A DNA stretch of 64,000 bases from Candidatus Hydrothermarchaeales archaeon. GTDB taxonomy: Archaea > Hydrothermarchaeota > Hydrothermarchaeia > Hydrothermarchaeales > JAZGAD01. The translations under genes and the position numbers were made by a program. Of the stretch, positions 45,039 through 54,929 are shown piece by piece. The DNA lies in assembly GCA_036444275.1 (NCBI GenBank), contig JAZGAD010000053.1, forward strand, positions 1 to 64,000. The letters are read 5' to 3'. The notes beneath the pieces are model-generated. The model was given only the letters and a program-made list of their open reading frames with translations, was not told the DNA's origin and made no database searches. Each line of letters starts with the position of its first letter. Position 1 is the stretch's first letter.

Positions 45039-46306
45039 CGAAGGGACCTCAGCACCTCTTCGGCAGTTGTTAATGTGTGTTCCAATTCCGCATTGCCGTG
45101 GGCTTGGGATATGAAGTTGCACTCGTACTGGGAAGGTGGAAGAAATACTCCCTTCAAGAGCATACCCCTCTGAAACTTGAGGAACGCTTCCCTGTCAGCC
45201 TTCAGCGCAGTCGAGTAGTCTGTGATTTCTTCGTCAGTGAAGTACATCTGGAACATAGATGCTATACCACAAATCCTAGTTTTCAGGTTGCAGTCACTGG
45301 ATATGCTTTCTAATCCTTTCCTGAGCCTAGCCGCATAGGAATTTACCTTCTCATATACCCTGCCGTCTTTAAGCTCTCTTAGGGCGGCCAGCCCAGCTAC
45401 CATAGAGATGGGGTTCCCGTTGAAGGTGCCGGCTTGGTACACCTTGCCAAGAGGTGAGAATTCCTTCATTATCTCTGTGCTAGATGCTATCGCACCCAGA
45501 GGGAATCCGCCTCCTAAAATCTTCCCCAGGGTGGTAATATCCGGGGATACGTCGTAGTATTCCTGAGCACCGCCATAGGAGAGCCTGAAGCCTGTTATCA
45601 CTTCGTCAAAGATGAGCAGAACACCTCTCTCCTCGGCTAGCTCTCTCAAAAACTGCAGGTAGCCCTCTTTAGGCAGTATGCATCCAGCGTTCCCTATAAC
45701 CGGCTCCAAGATTATGCATGCTACATCCTCTTTTTTCAAAAGCCTCTCTACTGCCGCCTCATCATTAAATGGAGCTAAAAGAGTGTTTTTCGTGGTCTCC
45801 TCAGGTATCCCCAAGGAATTTGGTACACCATGGGTGGTGGCACCGCTTCCAGCTTTGACTAGGACGTAATCATGTGCCCCATGGAACGCTCCCTCGAACT
45901 TAATGATCTTCTTCCGTTTAGTATAGCCTCTGGCAAGCCGGATAGCTGCCATTGTTGCCTCGGTGCCAGTGTTCACAAAGCGTACCATCTCTGCACTGGG
46001 CACTGCCTCTACCACCTCCCTAGCGAGTTCTACCTCGAGCTCTGTGGGCGTGCCATAAGCGCTTCCATTCGTGAGCTGGGACTTGACTTTCTCCATTACT
46101 TTTGGATGCGCATGCCCTAGGATGAGCGGCCCATATGCGAGGCAGTAATCGATATAGCTATTCCCATCGACATCATAGAGCATGCAGCCCTCGCCGCGGG
46201 TGGTGAAAAATGGATAAGGCTTCATCGCTCTGACAGGGGAATTGACACCTCCGACGAGGTAGTGCTTCGCTTTTTCGAAAAGCATCTGCGATTTATTTTT
46301 ATTCAT
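45035..46306 (-). CDS. hemL: Glutamate-1-semialdehyde 2,1-aminomutase
   Basis: GGVNSPVRA, FDEVITGFR, GKILGGG, QAGTFNGNP. Confidence 0.95.
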   Translation of the reverse strand: MNKNKSQMLFEKAKHYLVGGVNSPVRAMKPYPFFTTRGEGCMLYDVDGNSYIDYCLAYGPLILGHAHPKVMEKVKSQLTNGSAYGTPTELEVELAREVVEAVPSAEMVRFVNTGTEATMAAIRLARGYTKRKKIIKFEGAFHGAHDYVLVKAGSGATTHGVPNSLGIPEETTKNTLLAPFNDEAAVERLLKKEDVACIILEPVIGNAGCILPKEGYLQFLRELAEERGVLLIFDEVITGFRLSYGGAQEYYDVSPDITTLGKILGGGFPLGAIASSTEIMKEFSPLGKVYQAGTFNGNPISMVAGLAALRELKDGRVYEKVNSYAARLRKGLESISSDCNLKTRICGIASMFQMYFTDEEITDYSTALKADREAFLKFQRGMLLKGVFLPPSQYECNFISQAHGNAELEHTLTTAEEVLRSLR

Positions 46307-46350
46307 GCCTCTCCAGCTCCCTGAGTATGTCCAATAATACCTCTCTTATT

Positions 46351-46704
46351 CTATAACCTTTGTTCAGCAGCTCGAATATGATTATTCCTTTGAATCGAAA
46401 ACCAATAAACAAGGAGGTTCTTTTCTTTCTCTTGATACCTATTAAATCTTCTTGAAATCATGTTCCAAAAACGCTCGTTATGCCTTTTTTCAGCGATTTT
46501 TACCGGTTCAGAACAGAAAGATACAGGTGTAGGATGAATTTCTCCAAATTCGGCCTTACCTTGCAAAAATGGTAAACCTATCCCTTTGTTATTGTATGTT
46601 GAAGATGGAGGGGATTGCTCCATAATCAAATCTGCAACACTTTTATCACTCAGCATTACAACTTCCCACTCCTCCGGGATTTCTTCGATTGGGGTTTGTT
46701 TCAT
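46351..46704 (-). pseudogene. hsdS: Truncated type I R-M specificity subunit
   Basis: KQTPIEEIPEEWEVV, QSPPSSTYN..G.GLPFLQGKAEFG; homology is lost after about 73 aa. Confidence 0.75.
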
Positions 46705-46712
46705 TTTGACTT

Positions 46713-47384
46713 TTAATCCTCCAAAAGTTTCAATTCAAGATCTTTGATTTTGCGTAACAGTTTTCTTAAACTTTCATTCTTTACGTAACCAACGGGCTTA
46801 GGTATCTCAATACCTCTTCCCACCCTTGGTGGCAAGAAAATCAGAGCATCTACTGAGCTAGAGAGAAAATATGTTTTTCTTATAAAATCCGGCTTGAACA
46901 ATTGGTCTACAAGCTTACTTTGGAGTGCTAATATCACGTGATCGTAGAATATTACACCAATCCTGTGGCGTCCGTCATTATCTTCCTTTTCCTCCGCGTG
47001 CTCGACCCCCCTGTTTATCCTTTCAATAAATTCCTTCTCACCAGTCGGTAAGTTAATGGGTATGTTTCCGTCCTTATCCTGCTCACCAGCAACAACAGTA
47101 TTCAAAGAGCTTACTTCAATGACAATATTACTACTTTCTATTATGTAATCGCTTGTTTTACCCCTGCCTCTCGATAATTTCTTTACTTGTCTAATTGGAG
47201 AAAAAAAGTCCCGAACTTCCTTTTCTTTAACTGGAGATATGAACCTTGTCCGGGTATAATCTTCGTAGTTTTTTATTTCTCCGGCTGAGACATTCTTACC
47301 GTCTATATTTGGCCCATAGTAAATTTTTTCCAGATCCTCGATAGTTTTAACTTTATTTTTCATTCTTTTTCCCATACCGATCAA
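46713..47384 (-). CDS. Hypothetical protein, possible PD-(D/E)XK nuclease
   Basis: KTSDYII...IVIEVSS motif; AT-rich; islet context. Confidence 0.5.
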   Translation of the reverse strand: MIGMGKRMKNKVKTIEDLEKIYYGPNIDGKNVSAGEIKNYEDYTRTRFISPVKEKEVRDFFSPIRQVKKLSRGRGKTSDYIIESSNIVIEVSSLNTVVAGEQDKDGNIPINLPTGEKEFIERINRGVEHAEEKEDNDGRHRIGVIFYDHVILALQSKLVDQLFKPDFIRKTYFLSSSVDALIFLPPRVGRGIEIPKPVGYVKNESLRKLLRKIKDLELKLLED

Positions 47385-48058
47385 CCCTCCTCCAGTTTAG
47401 GGAACTCCACAGGTCTAAAGTCCATGCCTGAGCCCACTACCCTATGTTTTTCTTTCAATTCAGAAAGCCGTTCTACGAATTCCTCTTCTTCTCGGAAATA
47501 TTTCCCAAAGAGGAATTCTAGGATGTTGAGTATTTGGTAGGGGATTGCGTAATGCCCCACTTGGTGGAAATGGAGGTGGATTAATTCGTTCCTCCTAGTA
47601 TTTATCAGGGTCAGGATGTCTTCAAGGCGCTCCAGTTGATCTTTGTCCAGCTCATTTCCCAGAAGGTCCATTACAATCCCGGTGCACTGCTTGAGGGAGG
47701 GCGTGTAGACATAGTCGTCACGGATTTTAACTCCGTTTATGAACCTCTCGGGGTCTTCTTTCAGTAGCATCGATTTTAAGAAGAGCTCGACCCCGACTCC
47801 CAGGAGGACGTCAGAGGCATCTGTCATCTTTTTTAGGTCCTGGCTTTCAGATATGGCAAGGCCGATGAAGGATTTGGCGGTATCTTTGATGTGGTCGTGG
47901 GGCGCTTTTTTCAGCTCCGTCTCCTTATACCTTAGTTCTTCATCCTCGATTTGATAGTATTTTTGAATCCTCTCCCAGCCTTCGAGGTAAAACCTCTTTT
48001 CATCTTTAAGGGTATCCTTGAAATCTAAGAATCCGATTGGGGTTTGCTTTCCGGTCAT
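47381..48058 (-). CDS. Hypothetical HEPN-like protein
   Basis: GVELFLK helix and RNELIH (R-X4-H). Confidence 0.6.
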   Translation of the reverse strand: MTGKQTPIGFLDFKDTLKDEKRFYLEGWERIQKYYQIEDEELRYKETELKKAPHDHIKDTAKSFIGLAISESQDLKKMTDASDVLLGVGVELFLKSMLLKEDPERFINGVKIRDDYVYTPSLKQCTGIVMDLLGNELDKDQLERLEDILTLINTRRNELIHLHFHQVGHYAIPYQILNILEFLFGKYFREEEEFVERLSELKEKHRVVGSGMDFRPVEFPKLEEG

Positions 48059-48125
48059 TTTTATCTCTCACTTTTCAATGTCACAGTACTGTCGCAGCGA
48101 TGCCCTCGTCCCACTATGCTTATGC

Positions 48126-48157
48126 TTGCGTGCAATTTGCGTGCAATTTGCGTGCAA
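48126..48157. repeat. ttgcgtgcaa x3 with 11-bp period
   Basis: Units at 48126, 48137 and 48148, just past the Fic stop codon. Confidence 0.9.
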
Positions 48158-48161
48158 ATCA

Positions 48162-49208
48162 TCACCCCACTGTTATCCTATATTTTATTGCTCTTCCCAC
48201 TCCACTCCTTTCTATAAATCCCAGCCGTTCCAAGAGGGCTAAATCATAGTTCGCAGTCCTTTGAGATACTCCACACAACTCAACATATTTAGAGCGGATG
48301 ATGTATGGATTTTCCATGAGGTAAACCAACGCCTTTTTTTGTCTATCGTTAAGCCCTGCTTTAACTGCTTTCTCCACAACAATCTCTTTTTTGATAGCCA
48401 CCTCACCCTTATCCTTAACATCAAGCATCTGGTTTTTCAGCCCTTCAACAAAATACTCAAGCCATTCCGTCATATCCATATCCTTCGCCCTCACCGATTG
48501 GATGGCATCATAATATCCCCTTCGATTCTTATCGTAATACTCTGACAGAGAGAAGAGCCTCTTGAAGTCATAGCCATTCTGATAAAGGATAAGGGTGCAG
48601 AGAACCCGAGCAGTTCTGCCATTCCCGTCAAGAAATGGATGGATGTCGACAAATCGATGCTGAGCCACCCCTGCCACTAGTACAGGTGACATATCCGTCT
48701 CCTTATTTAGCCGTTCAACAAATTCCTTCATCAGTTTTGGAACTTCCTCAGGAGGGTGCGGGGTATAGATCGTCTCTCCCGTCAAAGAATTGACCACATA
48801 ATTTTGTACCTTCCTGTATCTCCCAGGTTCAAGGGTTCCGCCCCTGACATCCTTGACCAGAATTCTATGTATCTCTTTGATTAACTCCTCGGTAATCTCA
48901 GATTTTTTATCAAGATAGTCTGAGACAAAGTCCATGGCGTCCCTATAGTTCAAGAGTTCCTGACGGTCATCAGGTCTTACCCCTTTTACAGGTTTGCCTG
49001 TGAGGATCGCTTGGGACTGCGACAGGGTGAGCTGGGTCCCTTCGATGTGGGTAGAATAATGGGCTTCAAGGATAAGGGCCTCGCTCTGCATCTCTTTTAT
49101 CCAATCCTCTTTTAATTTAGCAGCGTCGAGAAATCCCCTTGCCCTTTCAATCTCAAGTAGCGCATTGTTAATCCTGTTGGTAATTATGAATTTTAGCCTG
49201 AACATCAC
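48162..49208 (-). CDS. Fic-family protein with C-terminal wHTH
   Basis: HPFLDGNGRTAR; STHIEG inhibitory helix; terminal wHTH. Confidence 0.92.
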   Translation of the reverse strand: MMFRLKFIITNRINNALLEIERARGFLDAAKLKEDWIKEMQSEALILEAHYSTHIEGTQLTLSQSQAILTGKPVKGVRPDDRQELLNYRDAMDFVSDYLDKKSEITEELIKEIHRILVKDVRGGTLEPGRYRKVQNYVVNSLTGETIYTPHPPEEVPKLMKEFVERLNKETDMSPVLVAGVAQHRFVDIHPFLDGNGRTARVLCTLILYQNGYDFKRLFSLSEYYDKNRRGYYDAIQSVRAKDMDMTEWLEYFVEGLKNQMLDVKDKGEVAIKKEIVVEKAVKAGLNDRQKKALVYLMENPYIIRSKYVELCGVSQRTANYDLALLERLGFIERSGVGRAIKYRITVG

Positions 49209-49229
49209 ATATTACCTCCAAGATTTAGT

Positions 49230-49508
49230 TTACACATCCAGCTCATACCTCCCATGGAGCTCGTCAAGATATTCCTTGTCCAATAGTACTCTGATAAAGT
49301 ACTCCTTTGAATCAACGTCTATACTCCTAATGCCGATTTCAAGAACGTCATCAATGACTCTTTCGTCTGTTAGTATGCCAAACAGATTCATATCCTTTTT
49401 AAGGACGGCCACAAAAAATTTTGCGGCGCTCTTGTCCACCAAACCAAAGACGGTATCAAAATCCTTGTCAGATGGGACTCTTCCACAGCTCGTGCGGACA
49501 TCCAGCAT
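49230..49508 (-). CDS. Hypothetical protein
   Basis: 92-codon ORF from ATG 49508; no family recognised. Confidence 0.4.
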   Translation of the reverse strand: MLDVRTSCGRVPSDKDFDTVFGLVDKSAAKFFVAVLKKDMNLFGILTDERVIDDVLEIGIRSIDVDSKEYFIRVLLDKEYLDELHGRYELDV

Positions 49509-49551
49509 GGTGACATCTGTCCTTAACCCTTTACAAATACAAATTGGAAGA

Positions 49552-50529
49552 TTACTTCCCGTCCAGCCACTTCGCAACGTCCTTGGCATGGTAGGTCAGG
49601 ATCATATCAGCCCCGGCCCTCTTTATGGCGGTCAGGATCTCCATGACAAGCTTCTTCTCTTCTAAAAGGCCCTCTCGGCATGCCGCTTTAACCATAGAGT
49701 ACTCGCCGCTCACATTGTAGGCTGCTGTGGGCACCAAGAATTCTTTTTTGACTCTGTGTATGACATCGAGATAGGCAAGAGCTGGTTTTACCATCACGAT
49801 ATCTGCTCCCTCTTGCAGGTCAAGATATACCTCCTCGAGGGCTTCATCACTGTTCCGTGAGTCCATCTGATATGCACTTCTATCACCAAATGAAGGAGCT
49901 GAATCCACAGCATCCCTGAAGGGACCGTAAAAGGAGGAGGCATACTTAGCGGCATAAGACATTATTATAGTTTCTTCATAGCCGTTTTCGTCAAGCGCCT
50001 CCCTTATTGCTCCAACACGCCCATCCATCATATCACTCGGGGCAACAATGTCTGCTCCAGCCTCAGCATGGCTTAATGCCTCCTTGGCCAATAGCTCCAA
50101 AGTAGGATCATTGCGGACTACCTCACCTTCTACGACACCACAGTGCCCATGGGAAGTGTACTCGCAGAGACAGACATCTGTTATAACAACGAGGTCGTCA
50201 CCCACCTCGTCCTTGATTTTTCTCACCGCCTCCTGGATTATACCCTTTGGATTGTATGCTTCACTCCCCATTTCATCTTTCTTTTCAGGAATCCCGAAGA
50301 GAAGCACAGCCGGTATTCCCAGGCTTACCAGCTCCAGTGCTTCATCCCGCACCTCCTTTAGGGGCAGTCTAAATTGAAAAGGCATAGAGGGAATCTCTTC
50401 CTTCGCCTTTAATCCCTCTTGAATAAAGAGTGGAAAAACCAGGTCCTCCCTGTTCAGCTTGGTCTCGCTGACCATGGACCGTATCTTCTTGGTCCTCCGC
50501 AGACGCCTCATTCTTTTAGTAGGGAACAT
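49552..50529 (-). CDS. hemB: Porphobilinogen synthase
   Basis: [32 protein letters not shown]. Confidence 0.96.
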   Translation of the reverse strand: MFPTKRMRRLRRTKKIRSMVSETKLNREDLVFPLFIQEGLKAKEEIPSMPFQFRLPLKEVRDEALELVSLGIPAVLLFGIPEKKDEMGSEAYNPKGIIQEAVRKIKDEVGDDLVVITDVCLCEYTSHGHCGVVEGEVVRNDPTLELLAKEALSHAEAGADIVAPSDMMDGRVGAIREALDENGYEETIIMSYAAKYASSFYGPFRDAVDSAPSFGDRSAYQMDSRNSDEALEEVYLDLQEGADIVMVKPALAYLDVIHRVKKEFLVPTAAYNVSGEYSMVKAACREGLLEEKKLVMEILTAIKRAGADMILTYHAKDVAKWLDGK

Positions 50530-50543
50530 AGCATCCTCTCTAA

Positions 50544-51890
50544 CTAGGCATGTTTATGGTGGAGTTCCTTCAAGAACACTTTCTCGGCTAACTTAATAGT
50601 AGCGTCGTCTCCTGTCTCCGCGGCCTTCCGTATGTTGTCAACGACGGGCGACATAGTCCTATTTATTATCACCTTCGTCAGATCGTTTAGAATTTCTCTA
50701 TCTTTTTCGTTGATTCCATTTCCAAACATTTTCGAAGCCTTTTCCAACTCCTTTTGTCTTATATGCTCCGCTCTTCCGAAAATGGCCTTCACTATTCCTT
50801 CTACATCAATGTGATACAACTGCTTCTCAAGTAGGGACAGCTCCCCCTCTAATATCTCTTCTACTCTTATTGCTTCTTTCCCCCGAGCTTGGCGATTCTT
50901 CTCAGCTACTTCCCTTAAGCCGTCAATATTGAAGAGCTTCACACCCTGGATTTCTCCTACATCCTCCTCCGCATCTCTGGGTATTGCAACGTCTATTATA
51001 ATGAGATTTTTCTTTTTGCCTTGTATAGCTTCTAGAACAAGATCTTTTGTTAAGAGGGTTTTAGGTGCCCCCGTCGCAGTTATCACGAGATCAGCATTCT
51101 TTATACCCTTGGTTACCTCCTTGAACTTTATGACCTTACCATTTAGCTCCTTAGCTAAGCTTAATCCACGCTCATATGTTCGGTTCGCCACTACCACAGA
51201 GTCTAGGTTATATCCTGACAAAGACTTTGCAACCAAAGTGCCCATCTCTCCAGCGCCTATAAGAAGGACTTTTTTCCCCTCCAAAGAGCCTAGGACGGAT
51301 TCCGCGAGTTCTACAGCTGCGCTTCCAATCGATACAGCCCCCTTATTGATTTTTGTCTCCTTTCGAACGCGTTTACCCACGTTTACAGCCTTACTGAATA
51401 TGTTCTTAAAGAAGGGGCCGATGGTATTAGAGGCCCAGGCCAATTGGTAGGAATCTCTAACCTGACCTAGGATCTGGTCCTCCCCTACGATCATTGATTC
51501 CAAGCCAGAGGTCAGCCTGAGCAGGTGGTGCAGCGCAGCTGCGTGATACTCTACTTCAAGGACATCATGGAATTTTGCGCCCTTGCTTATAACATGCGCA
51601 ACCAACTGATCTATAGGGACTTTAGCGGCAGTCGTTGCCTTTTGCTGCTTCATCCTAGACATGGTCTCGGTCATCATGTAGTCTATTATCTCATGATAGG
51701 CCACATCCACGTCCTCTGCCGCGGCAAATATCTCAACTCGATTGCAGGTCTGGATAACTACGCATTCCTTTACCGATGAAAGTGCGGCAATATCAAGCAT
51801 CGCCTTTCTATTGTCTGGAAAGCTCATTGCTTCCAAAGTGGGGATATCTGCCTTATGATGAGTAACTCTAATGTTTATTGTATGCATCAC
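50544..51890 (-). CDS. hemA: Glutamyl-tRNA reductase
   Basis: [34 protein letters not shown]. Confidence 0.95.
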   Translation of the reverse strand: MMHTINIRVTHHKADIPTLEAMSFPDNRKAMLDIAALSSVKECVVIQTCNRVEIFAAAEDVDVAYHEIIDYMMTETMSRMKQQKATTAAKVPIDQLVAHVISKGAKFHDVLEVEYHAAALHHLLRLTSGLESMIVGEDQILGQVRDSYQLAWASNTIGPFFKNIFSKAVNVGKRVRKETKINKGAVSIGSAAVELAESVLGSLEGKKVLLIGAGEMGTLVAKSLSGYNLDSVVVANRTYERGLSLAKELNGKVIKFKEVTKGIKNADLVITATGAPKTLLTKDLVLEAIQGKKKNLIIIDVAIPRDAEEDVGEIQGVKLFNIDGLREVAEKNRQARGKEAIRVEEILEGELSLLEKQLYHIDVEGIVKAIFGRAEHIRQKELEKASKMFGNGINEKDREILNDLTKVIINRTMSPVVDNIRKAAETGDDATIKLAEKVFLKELHHKHA

Positions 51891-52515
51891 ACGTCTCCTC
51901 TAGCTCTTTCTTGGCCCTATCGACAGCTCCCTTCTTTAGGAGCCTTAATATCTCCGGAGAATTCAGGGCTTCCCTGAGGACCTCCTTCCTCTTTGCTTGG
52001 TCCTTAATGCTCTTCTTAAGCCTTTTCCTAGCGAACTCCTGGAGTTCCACTTGGAGGATATCCTCCTTAGTGATCGCCTTCTTTATCCTTCTCTTTATGG
52101 CTTTAGTCACTGCAGGGCTCTTACCACTGGTCGATATTGATATGATGGCATCCCCAAGCTCAAGGGTTGCTGGTATTGAGAAGTCCGCCAGTCCATCGGC
52201 GCGGTTTACCAATTTTCCACCTGCTTTTGATTCTTTTTCTATAGTATTATTTAAATCTTTGTCGTTAGTCGCTATCAAGACAAAATCTGAGCCCCTTATG
52301 AATTCCCTGGCATTAGCTGCATCCAAAGTAAGGGTTATCAATTCTAAACCACGATTTCTATCGGCGAGTCTCTTTAGGGAATGAGTGAACTCCTTGCTTA
52401 CCACTCGTATTTTGGCGTTCGCCTTCAAAAGCTTAGCCACTCGCCTCTCAGCTACTTTGCCTCCCCCGAAGACTACGACACTTTTTCCCTTTAAGTTTAG
52501 TAGGACAGGAAACAT
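51868..52515 (-). CDS. sirC: Precorrin-2 dehydrogenase
   Basis: GGGKVAERR, ATND, VNRAD, STSGKSP. Confidence 0.9.
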   Translation of the reverse strand: MFPVLLNLKGKSVVVFGGGKVAERRVAKLLKANAKIRVVSKEFTHSLKRLADRNRGLELITLTLDAANAREFIRGSDFVLIATNDKDLNNTIEKESKAGGKLVNRADGLADFSIPATLELGDAIISISTSGKSPAVTKAIKRRIKKAITKEDILQVELQEFARKRLKKSIKDQAKRKEVLREALNSPEILRLLKKGAVDRAKKELEETCDAYNKH

Positions 52516-53435
52516 TAAATCAGGAGCCTCCCCTTCTGCATTATCTGTCTCTCATCGAGCCATATACTGGGCTTCCTTATTATCCCATCTAGGTGCACTT
52601 CAGCCTTGCTTAAGCCACCGAAGGTATGATTATCGCCCAGAGCTACATGAGCAGTGCCCAGGACTTTCTCGTCCTCTAAGATGTTTCCTATTATCATCGC
52701 TTTTGGATTGGTGCCTATGCCTATCTCTGCAATATTATCGGCGTTCTCGTACTTTAAATATTCCTTAAGCTCCTGGCTATCGCTCTTAGTCACTCTCCCA
52801 TTTTCTACATAAAACCTGATGGGCTCTCTTAACACACCAGTTCTGCCAAAGGACCCATCAAAAACGACTGTTCCCTTAGATTCTCCCTCTAAAGGCGCTA
52901 TGAAGCCTTCTCCAGCAGGCAGGTTTCCGAAGGCACCTTTTTCTATGAATATCCCGGTGTCGGCTAATCCTCGCCTTCCCTTAATAGATGCCTTGAAATC
53001 CATACCTTGCTCGCTTTTTATCCTAATCTCTGCAACTTGAGTCAGCATCCCCGCTACCTCTTCTGACATTTTCTTTACTGAGTTATAGTCAGCTGTTAAA
53101 CCACCGCTTTTAAGCATACTCATTGTGATGCCGGGCATAGATGCGATTCTAGCTCCCTTATCACAGGCCTGTTTCCTTGCATCAGTATGCGAAAGGGATT
53201 TGCTAGTTGGAATAAGAACAACATCAGATGCTTCCATAGCTCTAGCGACAGCGAGAGGGGGTTCTTCTGCATGCCTTGAGCGAGGCTTCATCCGCATGGT
53301 TATCACTTCATTACTAAGTTCCTTCGCAGCCATCTCAAGTTCCCCTGCAACCCCAAGCATGTCGGCATCTGTTACTACCAATACTGTTTCCCCCTGCGCT
53401 ATGCCGAGGCAAGTACTTAGGATGTCCTTAAGCAT
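52515..53435 (-). CDS. M29-like (leucyl) aminopeptidase
   Basis: EEPP, SLSHT, NLPAGE, AEIGIGTN, EDEK..GTAH.ALG, HLD. Confidence 0.8.
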   Translation of the reverse strand: MLKDILSTCLGIAQGETVLVVTDADMLGVAGELEMAAKELSNEVITMRMKPRSRHAEEPPLAVARAMEASDVVLIPTSKSLSHTDARKQACDKGARIASMPGITMSMLKSGGLTADYNSVKKMSEEVAGMLTQVAEIRIKSEQGMDFKASIKGRRGLADTGIFIEKGAFGNLPAGEGFIAPLEGESKGTVVFDGSFGRTGVLREPIRFYVENGRVTKSDSQELKEYLKYENADNIAEIGIGTNPKAMIIGNILEDEKVLGTAHVALGDNHTFGGLSKAEVHLDGIIRKPSIWLDERQIMQKGRLLI

Positions 53436-53542
53436 TTTTCTTTCTCTTTTCCTTTCTATCTGTTACTTCAGCTGCATAGAGTGAAAGTATTACGGTAACT
53501 CAGAAGCGTTATAAGAACGTGGTATTAACCTTAGAGGGGGTA

Positions 53543-54838
53543 TTACATTGACGGCTCCTCTAATAGCACCGCAGTTAGGTTCGAGGATACTATTCGCACT
53601 ATGAATAAGTTTTCTTCTTGAAGGACTTCGTAATCTGAGAACCCTCTCTCAGAGCTCGAACTTTGAAGGGCTTTATATCTCTCCAAGGGCAGAAAGTCGG
53701 GTTGCGTGATCCTATAAGCGGTAACTCTCTCGGTTTCATTACCAATAGCGTCTAGCGATACATATCTCATGTCAGAGAAAGGGCTGGTTATAATGGAAAC
53801 CTCAGCGATCCCGACATTCCCGTCAAACTTCTTTACAAGTGGCTCAAATGTGTCATAGGCGCTCCCGTATCTAGCTGGATTGCCCAAGAAGTCTATGAGG
53901 AGGTTGACGTTCTTGGTATGCCCGTATATATAGGGTCTAACCGAGACTTTATTCGTTATGCCGATGGAATTCCTAGATTGTAAGTTAAATTCATTATAGC
54001 CTAGATCATGGAGCTCTATCCACGTGTTATCAGGATAATCCGCTGAGTACATACCGATGATCTTCCTCCCATAGAATGCATCAGGCTGAACCCTAGATGA
54101 AGCATATTCCTCCAAAGAGGTATTCAACACGCGTTTCACATTGACAAAACGGGCCCAAAAGATACCTGAAGGTGTCTTCTTCAATCCATCGCTTAGTGAG
54201 TCAAAATCTTCCTTGAGAAAGAGTTGGGATATCTCTGGTTGCGCAATTGGAGCAGTCATCGGGGCGCTAGTCTGCTGAGGTGCAGATGCCATCTCACTAA
54301 TGGTCATATCTTCCATCTCCTTCGGTAGTTGGGGCGTTGGAGTTGCTTCTTGATATTCACCGTAGGCCCTATCGATCCTTTCCCTTATCTCCTTCAGTGG
54401 CACGCCCTCGGTCCACCACCTGTAGGAACTTATGGCTATATCGAGGCACATCTCGCACTGGCTAGCGTGCTCATCGAAGCTGCCATCTTCTTTAATGAAG
54501 CAGTTCTTGACGCTTTTGTGATTACTGTGTCCGCCGCATCCACAGTAGCAGGGTATCCACTGTAGTATGTCCTGGATCTCAACTGCTTTCGTGTACCCAT
54601 CCAGAATCTTCTCATTTGTATAGGCATAGCTAGGCAGGTTAACAGGCGTGCTCTGCGGTGACTCTACGGTCTTTTTCCTGAAACTCGGGGAACCACCGCT
54701 CAAAAAAGCGTATGCAAGCGAACTGAAGAGGAAGAGCCCAATTAAAACTAAGCCGACCTTGTTCGATTTCAAGGTTTTGAATATTGACTTCTTTTTTGCT
54801 CGGTCTTTTTTAACTTTGACCCTTTTGCGCCTTGCCAT
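53543..54838 (-). CDS. Membrane-anchored PCYCGC-motif protein with long C-terminal domain
   Basis: N-terminal TM; IPCYCGC...H.S..CF...HASQCEMC. Confidence 0.8.
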   Translation of the reverse strand: MARRKRVKVKKDRAKKKSIFKTLKSNKVGLVLIGLFLFSSLAYAFLSGGSPSFRKKTVESPQSTPVNLPSYAYTNEKILDGYTKAVEIQDILQWIPCYCGCGGHSNHKSVKNCFIKEDGSFDEHASQCEMCLDIAISSYRWWTEGVPLKEIRERIDRAYGEYQEATPTPQLPKEMEDMTISEMASAPQQTSAPMTAPIAQPEISQLFLKEDFDSLSDGLKKTPSGIFWARFVNVKRVLNTSLEEYASSRVQPDAFYGRKIIGMYSADYPDNTWIELHDLGYNEFNLQSRNSIGITNKVSVRPYIYGHTKNVNLLIDFLGNPARYGSAYDTFEPLVKKFDGNVGIAEVSIITSPFSDMRYVSLDAIGNETERVTAYRITQPDFLPLERYKALQSSSSERGFSDYEVLQEENLFIVRIVSSNLTAVLLEEPSM

Positions 54839-54929
54839 GGGAATGCAACCTAAAATCAGTCTTATATATTTATCTTCAGCAAATAATCTTTTCCCAGAAT
54901 TCCACCCAATTCTGTTAACTAGAAAGGTA

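Noticed and set aside
45039-45122. N-terminal extensions of hemC (also cbiT, the histidine kinase, vapB/vapC and DUF2283) in the ORF track
   Set aside because: They overlap upstream genes or promoters; downstream starts fit family N-termini or SD sites better
53461-53480. cob-type operator upstream of the aminopeptidase-sirC-hemA operon
   Set aside because: TTACT-N6-GCATA is too degenerate and not at the 53-bp position
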